Below are positions 38,432-46,895 of a stretch of 64,000 nt of DNA, in pieces. The first letter of the stretch is position 1. Each line of letters opens with the position of its first letter. The translations under genes were made by a program, and so were the position numbers. The notes beneath the pieces are model-generated. The model was not told where the DNA came from. It was given only the letters and a program-made list of their open reading frames with translations, and did not search any database. Origin of the DNA: a virus (lineage: Duplodnaviria > Heunggongvirae > Uroviricota > Caudoviricetes); the IMG/VR virus record IMGVR_UViG_3300035521_000566. One strand, 5' to 3'.

Positions 38432-41266
38432 ATGCCAGTAATTTTAGACGACGTTCAAAAGAATATTGCGGCTACCACTAAGAAAAATGCTGTCAAATCA
38501 TATAAGGCTAAGTTCTTTAGCGATGTATTGACAGGTTCAGGAAAGAAAACTGGACTCCTAAGTGAAGCTGCAAATCCATCAGCATTGGCTGCGACCAAAA
38601 ACGGCACTGTTACTTCAGCCAACATTCAGACATTAAAGAAAAGAACCGTGTCTGGAAATGTTACTACTAACTATATACCTCTTAATCCGTTGGATGCAGA
38701 CGCCTGGGAACAGATGAAGATTCATAAAAGACCAGAGCTTGCAGATATGGTATGCATCGCAAAGCATCCGACTACGAATGAAAGCGTATATCTTGATATG
38801 CCAGTTCATTCTATTATTGCTCAGGAGACTGAGACTAAAACAGGCAGCAAGATTCGTAAAATTAACCCTTGCTATCAGTTATTCCTGTACACAATTCGTG
38901 ACATAAACGATGTAAATCACGAAATGGTAAGAACAGCTGTAAGCAAAGCAAACGGCAATTCATATTTCTTTGATTTCACTGTAAGTCCTCTTCGTTTTCT
39001 TCAGTCAATTGCAAATGATTTGACAAATGCAGGTTACAGCGTTGACGCACAGACAATGAACGACTACATCACCAACTATGTTTTGTACAATGCTGTTGCA
39101 AAGCGTAGTGAGGAATGGCAGACAAAGATTGATACCATTATTGACGAGTATCTTGACAACATGGTGAAGTCAACAGTTTATGGTGCAAATAGTAAAATAA
39201 AAAATACCATTAAGAGACTTGAGACATACAATGTTCCACTTGATTTGTACCGTAACATCTATAGCAGCTTACAGAAGCACTTTAAGCCAGATGATGTTGC
39301 CTCTTTATGTAAGCATAACCTGAATCTGTTGTTATCGGATACATTAAACAGTCTGAATAACAATAAGCCTCAGTTGCAGCACATTCCAACTCCAAACCCA
39401 TCTGTTGCACTTCCAAGCAATGTTGCTAAGTGGTCCAGTGAGCAGAAAATTGCTGTAACAACCCCAGAGCCGTTAGTATTGGTCCAGGCAGGTGCTGGTA
39501 CTGGAAAGAGTACAGTAATTTTAGGCAGACTGAGTTACATGCAGGCTTGCGGTGTTGACCCTGACGATATTACTATCTTAAGCTTCACCAACGCTGCCGC
39601 TGACCATATCACTGAACTGGATGCTAACGTACACAGTATGACCATTGCTAAAATGGTTCATAGCATTTACTCAGAGAATTATCCTACGCACGAGCTTTCA
39701 TCAGAAAAGACACTGATGAACTGTATTGATATTTACTTTGCAAATAACAACACAGCTTCTCGGTTCAAGTACCTGTTGGGCGATGTAGAGCGTAATGAGG
39801 CAAATGCGTATACCGATTTGAATAACTTCGTTGAAGATAACTTCGATGAGGTCATAAACATTTTGAATGTTACACGCCAGACAACTCTTACACTTGAGAT
39901 TATCATCTGTTATCAGAAGATTGATATACTTACAGAACCAGCTGAAATCAAGAGTAAGTATCTTATCGTTGATGAAGTACAGGATAACTCTATCTTTGAG
40001 TTCATCTATACTCTGAAATATGTCGATAAGCATAACGAGAGTCTTTTCATCGTAGGTGACTGCTCTCAGACTCTTTACGAGTTCCGTGGTTCTAATCCTA
40101 GAGGATTGAATGTACTTGAGAGCTCAGGCGTATTCGCTACTTATCAGCTTCAGACCAACTATCGTTCCAATCAGGAGATTTTGGACTTTGCTAATAAGCA
40201 CTTGCTTAACATCGAAGCCAATCAGCAGGCTAATCTGCAGTTAAAGGCTAACTCACTTGCAAAGGTAACCGAAAAGACATTCAGACAGAAAGTAAATCTG
40301 TCATATCACTGTCTCCAGAAGGTCGGTGATTTCAGTATCAACATTGGTCCTAACTTTGCTGTTTACTGTAAGAATTATATTGATAGCTGCCTTGCCAGAG
40401 GTGAACAGATTGCAGTTCTTGCGTACAAGCGTAAGGACATTTATTGTATCGAAGAAGCTATCAAGAAGTTATATCCTACTGCCACTATCAACAATCTGAT
40501 TCCAAAGCGTCAGTATGACAGTGCTATCTTTTCAGCGTTCATTAAAAACTACTGGAATGAGGTACAGTTCATTCCGACAAAATCAATTGAGATTGTAATT
40601 TGTCAGGCTATTATCGGAAAGGTTGATTTCTTAATGAGAGGCGACCATAACAAGAACTTAGCAATAATTCAGAAGTCAGTTGGCGGTTGGCGTACTCAGA
40701 ATGCAGGTATTATTCAGTCGTGGCAGACACAGTATACTCACGGCTTGATGAACCAGGACGAGTTTTTCGAGAATTTAAAGCAGAGTCTGCTTGATTATGA
40801 GATTCGTACGAACTCTATCAGACAGTCATTGCTTGCTGCTCAGAATGAAGAAGCCAAGAAGAATGCGGACCCTAATGCTAACTTTGTGCTCAGTACAATT
40901 CATTCTGCAAAAGGTCTTGAGTTTGATAACTGTATTGTTATTCATCGTAATGATAATAACATGGATGAAGACCAGAAGCGTATGTACTATGTGGCGTTCA
41001 CCAGAGCAAAGAACACAGAGCTTATCCTGTCATATGATACTGTTAAAAGCCCACAGATTGAGACGAACTACAAGCTTATCTGTCAGCAGTTACACGAACA
41101 GGATATAACACTTGCAAAGACAATGGGAAAGACACATAACATCATTGCAAACAATGTCAGCACAGAAGTGATTGACGATGATTTCTACAATGCCGATGGC
41201 ACATACGCTACTATTGTAGCTAATACAAATGCTACACCTTTAGCACCGACAGGCACTGAAGACTAA
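38432..41266 (+). CDS. UvrD/PcrA-like SF1 helicase with long N-terminal extension
   Basis: QAGAGTGKS, LSFTNAAA, VDEVQD, VGDCSQTLYEFRG, NYRS, STIHSAKGLEF, YVAFTRAK. Confidence 0.93.
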   Translation: MPVILDDVQKNIAATTKKNAVKSYKAKFFSDVLTGSGKKTGLLSEAANPSALAATKNGTVTSANIQTLKKRTVSGNVTTNYIPLNPLDADAWEQMKIHKRPELADMVCIAKHPTTNESVYLDMPVHSIIAQETETKTGSKIRKINPCYQLFLYTIRDINDVNHEMVRTAVSKANGNSYFFDFTVSPLRFLQSIANDLTNAGYSVDAQTMNDYITNYVLYNAVAKRSEEWQTKIDTIIDEYLDNMVKSTVYGANSKIKNTIKRLETYNVPLDLYRNIYSSLQKHFKPDDVASLCKHNLNLLLSDTLNSLNNNKPQLQHIPTPNPSVALPSNVAKWSSEQKIAVTTPEPLVLVQAGAGTGKSTVILGRLSYMQACGVDPDDITILSFTNAAADHITELDANVHSMTIAKMVHSIYSENYPTHELSSEKTLMNCIDIYFANNNTASRFKYLLGDVERNEANAYTDLNNFVEDNFDEVINILNVTRQTTLTLEIIICYQKIDILTEPAEIKSKYLIVDEVQDNSIFEFIYTLKYVDKHNESLFIVGDCSQTLYEFRGSNPRGLNVLESSGVFATYQLQTNYRSNQEILDFANKHLLNIEANQQANLQLKANSLAKVTEKTFRQKVNLSYHCLQKVGDFSINIGPNFAVYCKNYIDSCLARGEQIAVLAYKRKDIYCIEEAIKKLYPTATINNLIPKRQYDSAIFSAFIKNYWNEVQFIPTKSIEIVICQAIIGKVDFLMRGDHNKNLAIIQKSVGGWRTQNAGIIQSWQTQYTHGLMNQDEFFENLKQSLLDYEIRTNSIRQSLLAAQNEEAKKNADPNANFVLSTIHSAKGLEFDNCIVIHRNDNNMDEDQKRMYYVAFTRAKNTELILSYDTVKSPQIETNYKLICQQLHEQDITLAKTMGKTHNIIANNVSTEVIDDDFYNADGTYATIVANTNATPLAPTGTED

Positions 41267-41276
41267 TCAATTATTC

Positions 41277-41320
41277 ACATAGCTATCGTAAGGTCTTTAC
41301 CTTACGGTAATTATGTGTGA
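41277..41320 (+). terminator. Hairpin after the helicase gene
   Basis: CACATAG..ATCGTAAGG-tcttta-CCTTACGGT..TTATGTG. Confidence 0.5.
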
Positions 41321-41350
41321 CTACTAAAACAATATAATGAAAGGAATTAT

Positions 41351-41959
41351 ATGAATAATACGAATAATAAGGTTGCCTATAACAAAGGCGACATATACCA
41401 TGTTCGTAGCGGTGCCATCAATTCAGTAGGCGATGAAATCTGGTCTGACAGACCTGCTGTTATCATATCCAACGATACAAGCAACAAATATTCAGGTGTT
41501 GTAACTATTGTATACCTGACTACAAGTAAAAAGAAAAGAATGAGACCAACTCATGTGCCTATTCTATCAGGAACAACTCAGGCACTTGCTATGTGTGAAC
41601 AGATATTTTCTGTTGACAAAACAAGACTTGACGATTACATCGGCAAAATTACAGACGAAGAAATTGCAAACATTGATTCTGCACTGATGTTCCAACTGGA
41701 AATCAATCCTGCTGCTCGTCCAACTTCTATTTTTAAGAAATGGGAGAATTATATCAATCGGAATAATATGAACATTGATAAATACAATGTTCCTGATTTC
41801 GACCAACCTTTAGACGCAGAAATTGCTCTGCCGTATAATACACTTGTTCATCCAGATGATTATACGAAAATACTGGAAGGTGAGATTGAAACATTAAAAG
41901 ACGAGGTAGAAAAATATAAACAGCTGTATGATACCTGCAAAGGATATTTAGTAAGCTAG
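41351..41959 (+). CDS. PemK/MazF-family endoribonuclease domain with C-terminal coiled coil; no adjacent antitoxin
   Basis: GDIY, RPAVIISND, VYLTT, AMCEQIFSVDKTRL. Confidence 0.88.
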   Translation: MNNTNNKVAYNKGDIYHVRSGAINSVGDEIWSDRPAVIISNDTSNKYSGVVTIVYLTTSKKKRMRPTHVPILSGTTQALAMCEQIFSVDKTRLDDYIGKITDEEIANIDSALMFQLEINPAARPTSIFKKWENYINRNNMNIDKYNVPDFDQPLDAEIALPYNTLVHPDDYTKILEGEIETLKDEVEKYKQLYDTCKGYLVS

Positions 41960-41963
41960 ACAA

Positions 41964-41998
41964 GATGCCTATGACAATTGTCGTAGGCATCATTTTTA
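41964..41998 (+). terminator. Terminator-like hairpin directly upstream of the RT RBS
   Basis: GATGCCTATGAC-aatt-GTCGTAGGCATC-ATTTTT. Confidence 0.7.
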
Positions 41999-42016
41999 TA
42001 GAAAGGCAAACGATAT

Positions 42017-43276
42017 ATGACAGGCTACTTAGACGAAGTATTCTTTGAACCAAGTCGCTGGCAAACGGCTATTGACATTGCTGTTGACAAAGGAATTGAT
42101 AAACGATTACTTCAAAAATTATGTTGTCCAAACGAACGAATCAAACTCTATTATAGCCTGCGTGAACATAACTATACGATTGCTCCGCCTCACGAAGCCT
42201 TAATTCCTAAGGATGACGGCACATTTCGTACAGTCTATGTAAATGAAGGTATAGACAGGGTTATTCTTTCTATTGTGAATGATATGCTGTTTGAGCTATG
42301 TCCCGAACTGATACACAAATCATGCAAATCCTATCAAAAAGGTATAGGATGTGGCAAAGTTGTGCAGGAAATCAGTCAGACAATAAATAAGCTCAATGGT
42401 CCAAAAATAGGTGTGAAAGTTGATTTATCCAAATATTTTGATTCTGTTGAACTGCCATATATTGACGAGGTGTTCGACTATATTGATGAGAAATACGGAA
42501 AGTCAGACATCATGGATGCAGTAAGGACTTATTATCACACCAACACAGTTTTAGACATCAACAAAAACACCATCGAAAAATACTCGTCATTAAGACAAGG
42601 CTGTGCCGTAGCAGCATTCCTGGCAGATGCCGTGCTACTGGACATCGACAGTGTTTTATCTGATATGAACGTAATTTATGTAAGATACTCTGATGATATT
42701 CTTATATTAGGCAGAGAATGGGAAAAGGCTTTTAACATAATGAAAGTCATGCTCGAAGAAAAAGGTCTTACACTGAATCCGAAAAAAGTTGAACAACTAT
42801 ATAAAGACAAGTGGTTCAAATTTTTAGGCTTTACGTTAAAGAACGACAAAATCAGTCTTTCTAAAACTCGCATTGATAACTTTCAGGAAGAAATCATAAA
42901 ACGCACTATTAAGAACCCTAACAAAGATATAAATTGCATCATTCACGATGTTCATGCATATTTGTATAAGGGCTACAACGAATTTAGCTGGGCTACCAGC
43001 GTACTTCCGATTATCAATGTGGATGAAGATATATTAAAACTAAATAGCTTTGTAATGGACGCCATTCGTGCATCTATTACAGGCAAGCACAAAATCGGTG
43101 GACTTGGATGTATAACAAACATGCCAGATTCCACCATCATGCGTGGCAAGGGTAACAACGTGAAATCGAATCGTACTACTCTCCCACATTTAAACGGTTA
43201 CTACACCATCAATTGTATGCGTAACGACTTACTCACATCTCGTGAAGTTTACAATACAATTACATCACAAATGTAA
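42017..43276 (+). CDS. Reverse transcriptase, unclassified group (UG27-like by recollection)
   Basis: IPKDDGTFRTVY, SYQKG, VDLSKYFDSV, LRQG, YSDD (42686-42697), FKFLGF; no En domain, Cas1, retron VTG/NAxxH or DGR context. Confidence 0.92.
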   Translation: MTGYLDEVFFEPSRWQTAIDIAVDKGIDKRLLQKLCCPNERIKLYYSLREHNYTIAPPHEALIPKDDGTFRTVYVNEGIDRVILSIVNDMLFELCPELIHKSCKSYQKGIGCGKVVQEISQTINKLNGPKIGVKVDLSKYFDSVELPYIDEVFDYIDEKYGKSDIMDAVRTYYHTNTVLDINKNTIEKYSSLRQGCAVAAFLADAVLLDIDSVLSDMNVIYVRYSDDILILGREWEKAFNIMKVMLEEKGLTLNPKKVEQLYKDKWFKFLGFTLKNDKISLSKTRIDNFQEEIIKRTIKNPNKDINCIIHDVHAYLYKGYNEFSWATSVLPIINVDEDILKLNSFVMDAIRASITGKHKIGGLGCITNMPDSTIMRGKGNNVKSNRTTLPHLNGYYTINCMRNDLLTSREVYNTITSQM

Positions 43277-43284
43277 TATATTAA

Positions 43285-44060
43285 ACGACACAATTTGGCA
43301 GTACAGCCTAGAATTATAAGAGTGATATGACCATATTATAGCCTCATAACAATTAGAATGTATACCATTCATTGTTATATGCCTTTCGGCTATAATATGG
43401 TCTCTTCTAGTTGAGGTAAATCCAGAAGACGGTGATGACATGTGAACGTTCGTCCTTATAAGCTTGAGATGAAGTGCATTGCAGCTGGAGATGCTGTTGG
43501 ACAGATACTCATGTAAATAAGAATTTAAGGATGATAAGGTTCCAAGGTCCCATAAAACTTGAGCGGTCGTAACTTCGAATCCTGTTAAATAGTATATAAG
43601 TCAACAGTTAAAAAAAGATATGAAGTAGACTCATCGTTTAGTTCCTTCTTAAGGAATTTGGTCAACGCCTCCTAAGGATTCTTTCTTAAGAATTCAGAAT
43701 CTGAGATTAGTATCCAGTAATGGTCACCTGCGGAATTTACGTAATCTAACGTTTAGTCCGCCAGTGAGATGGAAGCTAGAAACGGGCACAGCCGTGCTGA
43801 GCTGATTCATGATTCCTGGATTGAATTCCTGAAGAGTAGGTGATTAAATAAATAATCTCTATGCCTGATTATTGTCTGTCACGAAATCAGGAATGCCAAT
43901 AAGGTTCGTACGAAATAGACGTCTGAGCCCACTGATACAAATGGATGTAACGCTCCCAGAGTTCATTGCGTATTCAACTAGAATGTTATGAATATATATT
44001 TGATGTATAATGTATTTTCATATAATTTAACAATTATAGAGATGTGCCACATCACTTGAG
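43285..44060 (+). ncRNA. Candidate RT-associated structured ncRNA (template)
   Basis: No ORF of 60 aa or more in the track between 43277 and 44098; ~100-nt hairpin 43308-43410 with a perfect 15-bp stem; 10-bp long-range pair 43405-43414/43974-43983; 3' hairpins. Confidence 0.7.
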
Positions 44061-44098
44061 TAATTCACTTTATAAAATGACTTAAGAGGAGTCATAAT

Positions 44099-44497
44099 AT
44101 GAACACAGTAAATTTCAAAACACGCACAGCCAGAATGGGTAAACACCTAATTATTAAAGACGGTCAACCCATAAAAGGCTATGAAATTCGCAACGATACT
44201 TCTGTCGAAGAATTGGACGAATTATACAAAGCTTACAAGCACTCTGTTCCAAACGGAATACACTATTATAAACCATACTTTAAAGCCCTTGACGCTGATG
44301 AATTATCAGATGCAGACATGATTACAGGAGCTAATCGAGAACAGGCTAAATTTGATTTAGAGCTTGCTGTCTTAGAGGGCATTTTGAATGGTTCATTATT
44401 AAGTTTATTCACTGACCCAAAACAATGGTTCTGGCAATCGCAATCAGATAAAGAATTTATCATATTAAGAGAATGGATAGAACCTAAAGGAGCCTAA
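44099..44497 (+). CDS. RT partner protein A (unknown function)
   Basis: 132-aa ORF right after the ncRNA; YKHSVP, YFKAL and WFWQS...IILREWI motifs. Confidence 0.75.
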   Translation: MNTVNFKTRTARMGKHLIIKDGQPIKGYEIRNDTSVEELDELYKAYKHSVPNGIHYYKPYFKALDADELSDADMITGANREQAKFDLELAVLEGILNGSLLSLFTDPKQWFWQSQSDKEFIILREWIEPKGA

Positions 44498-44498
44498 T

Positions 44499-45167
44499 AT
44501 GGACAATATAGAACAAAAAATCTTAGACGCAGGCTACATCAACAATAATCGTCTCCATAGGCGATACGTCATGACACAAATGCTTCGCCATCTCGACAAC
44601 TTTGATGATTATTTTATAACCAGAAAGCCATATGAATATATATGGAACTCTGCACTGAACGAATTTTCAATGCAATGTGAATGCGATAATGAAGAACGTA
44701 AACTCAGATTTTTACTGTTTGGCGGCTCCGTTATATCTGAGATGTTAAAAGACTTTAAAGTTCAGATAATCAAGAGCTATATAACGCCTGCAACTTTAGA
44801 TTATCTTGACACTTTAATTTCATCGGCTAAAACGGCTAGAAATAGCTGGCAAGTGAAGCAAATTATAGAACATTTCATACGCTCATATGATATAAAACAA
44901 AACTACACAAAGCCAGATATTTGGATAACATCATTCAAAGCTATCGGTGCTTACTACACGATGGATAGTTTGATTAAACTTTATGATTGCAGAACAATAC
45001 GTCAAGGTGATGTATTCGTCACTTTGTCAACAGAAGATGCTCTCTCATGTTTAGACAAATGGAAATCAACACCTGAATTGCTATTTGACATTATGCTGGA
45101 TTTCATCAAAGCCAATCAGAAACAGATTGACGAGCTAACGCAAAAAGAAAAATTACAAGAACCATAA
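44499..45167 (+). CDS. RT partner protein B (unknown function)
   Basis: 222-aa ORF starting 1 nt after the partner A stop, RBS AAAGGAG inside A; NRLHRRYVMTQM and FKAIGAYYTM..LI motifs. Confidence 0.75.
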   Translation: MDNIEQKILDAGYINNNRLHRRYVMTQMLRHLDNFDDYFITRKPYEYIWNSALNEFSMQCECDNEERKLRFLLFGGSVISEMLKDFKVQIIKSYITPATLDYLDTLISSAKTARNSWQVKQIIEHFIRSYDIKQNYTKPDIWITSFKAIGAYYTMDSLIKLYDCRTIRQGDVFVTLSTEDALSCLDKWKSTPELLFDIMLDFIKANQKQIDELTQKEKLQEP

Positions 45168-45170
45168 TTT

Positions 45171-45209
45171 AAGGCTACGACTGTTTCTAACAGTTAGGAG
45201 CCTTTTTTT
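45171..45209 (+). terminator. Terminator closing the RT unit
   Basis: AAGGCT..ACTGTT/AACAGT..AGCCTT followed by a T tract. Confidence 0.75.
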
Positions 45210-45248
45210 ATTAAACATTACAAAGGAACAAACTGACACGATTTGATA

Positions 45249-45278
45249 TTGCAAATTCAGTGTACATTGTGATACAAT
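45249..45278 (+). promoter_or_regulatory. Promoter for the large ncRNA/tRNA
   Basis: TTGCAA, 18-bp spacer, TGaTACAAT extended -10. Confidence 0.6.
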
Positions 45279-45283
45279 AACTG

Positions 45284-45993
45284 ATGCGGGCGTAACGCTG
45301 TTACGCTAAAGCATTTTATGGAAACTTTGGTTGCATTTGCAATCGGTTTCGACATTTTATCAACTATGTATCTCGGTGCATAAGGGGTCTAATCAACCCT
45401 TCCGAGAAACTTCCGTAACTTAGGTAATAAGCGAAGGCTAAAATTGAGGGATACCTCAATCAGGGCTAATTCAGATGATTGTGAATGATTCTGAGAGATA
45501 TAACAATATCTTGCTTCGGAAGTTGTGCAACTCTATATGGTCATAGTGTAGGGTGTAAATGGTGAACGAAATAGACGCTGACTCGAAAGGTCAGAAGAAT
45601 CCTATATACTGCAAGGCTGGTAACCGTGTACGTCAATGTAGGAAATACCAAACAAGTTCATTTGCCGTGAAGCCACAGAAATGTGGTGTATAACATTTGC
45701 ACGACCTGCTTAGCTCAAGGCAAGAAGAAAATATTTTCTAATCAAATGCTTATGATTATGCATTTTTTTTAAGAAAACAATTCTGAAAGATATGGGTGAA
45801 AGCTACGGGTACCATTCCCGTGTAGGCTCTGGCGTTTTACGTTGCATAAGAAGCACGGACTTGCAAACCGTTGCTCAGACTTATGTACCTACTAGCACGA
45901 TAATGAGTAGTATAGACATTGTAAGCCGAATAAAAAGCTACATATATTGATAATAATGTTTGAACCTAATGCAAATTGCAATCATATGTTTTC
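45284..45993 (+). ncRNA. Large ornate structured ncRNA, ROOL-like
   Basis: No ORF; long terminal helix 45321-45370/45939-45993; many hairpins; segments CCTTCCGA..CCGTAAC, TATATGGTCATAGTG, AACGAAATAGACGCTGAC, CTGAAAGAT and TTGCTCAG resemble ROOL as I recall it; tRNA immediately downstream. Confidence 0.7.
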
Positions 45994-46008
45994 ATTTTTT
46001 TTTTATAA

Positions 46009-46079
46009 CGCAGGTTAGAGGAGTGGTTCCTTGCGGGGGTCATAGCCCTGAGACACCAGTTCGAATCTGGTACCTGCTA
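46009..46079 (+). tRNA. tRNA-Met (CAT), initiator type
   Basis: Cloverleaf: CGCAGGT/ACCTGCT with unpaired C1:U72, three consecutive G-C pairs in the anticodon stem, TTCGAAT T-loop; CCA not encoded. Confidence 0.92.
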
Positions 46080-46124
46080 CTCTTACGTTTTTGAACTATT
46101 TAGCAAGAAGCCTCCTAAAGTAAG

Positions 46125-46180
46125 AAAAAGGGAACCTGCGTCGCTCATCATATGAGTTACGTGGGCTCCCTTTTTTTTTT
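46125..46180. terminator. Bidirectional terminator at the convergence of the two gene arms
   Basis: AAAAAGGGA...TCCC-T10 with internal CTCAT/ATGAG stem. Confidence 0.75.
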
Positions 46181-46546
46181 AATTTAATCACGCTTACGAA
46201 GACGTCTTTCTATATACTCACTTGCCCATCTCATCTTAACCCGATAAATATAATTCAAAAATCTCATCATATGTACCACCCCTTTCTGTTACAATGCCCC
46301 TCTGACGCTCTCAGACGCCTCAGAATTGATTTTAAAGTATTTAAACGAACAAGTTTACACCTGAATAATTAAAATGCCTTAAATCGCCTTCTACGGCTCT
46401 TTTAATTTTAATAAAAAGCACCTATTAAAGAAAATGCTTTAACAGGTGCTTTCACAAACACATATACGGTACTATGGACACGCCAGTACCGTTTTGGCTA
46501 CATCGTACGCATATAATTTGTTGCATACATTTGAAGACCTTCGGTC

Positions 46547-46852
46547 TTACTCTGCTGGCTCAAATAAATCATACACAATAATTGGAGCTCTATCACCCAT
46601 ATCGTCCATTGACGGAATTGTATTCGTATTCAAATACTCAATTGCGTCTTCTTCTGACATGTTGTTGTCATTCATCAGCTGATTTACCATCAAACTGAAA
46701 TTGTATACTATTCTATCCTTCTCATCTACACCGATAATTGCATCAGCAAACTCAGGCTCACTGAAAAGAATAATAGACTCCAGCTTCTCTGGTGTATTCT
46801 CATACACCTCCACTAATACATCAACAACATCTGCATTTGTTAATTCTGCCAT
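46547..46852 (-). CDS. Acidic hypothetical protein
   Basis: Start moved to MAELTN (46852) behind GAAAGGAAG. Confidence 0.7.
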   Translation of the reverse strand: MAELTNADVVDVLVEVYENTPEKLESIILFSEPEFADAIIGVDEKDRIVYNFSLMVNQLMNDNNMSEEDAIEYLNTNTIPSMDDMGDRAPIIVYDLFEPAE

Positions 46853-46895
46853 AACCTTTACTTCCTTTCTTTTTACTAAAATTTTTTTTTTAATT

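Noticed and set aside
43415-43973. Strong claim that the insert is a natural polylinker decoy for restriction enzymes
   Set aside because: Palindrome excess is only about 16 versus 10 expected, and the site the element most clearly avoids (GATC) is also absent here; kept only as a weak hypothesis.
42017-44098. RT as part of a diversity-generating retroelement
   Set aside because: I found no TR/VR pair differing at adenines and no Avd-like small gene upstream in this window; a remote target outside the window cannot be excluded.
42017-44098. RT as a group II intron or classical retron
   Set aside because: No intron RNA upstream (the RT follows a terminator directly), no recognisable domain V/VI or En domain, and no retron NAxxH/VTG motifs.
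43277-44098. CRISPR array or tandem repeat array after the RT
   Set aside because: No regularly spaced direct repeats were found, and no cas genes anywhere in the window.
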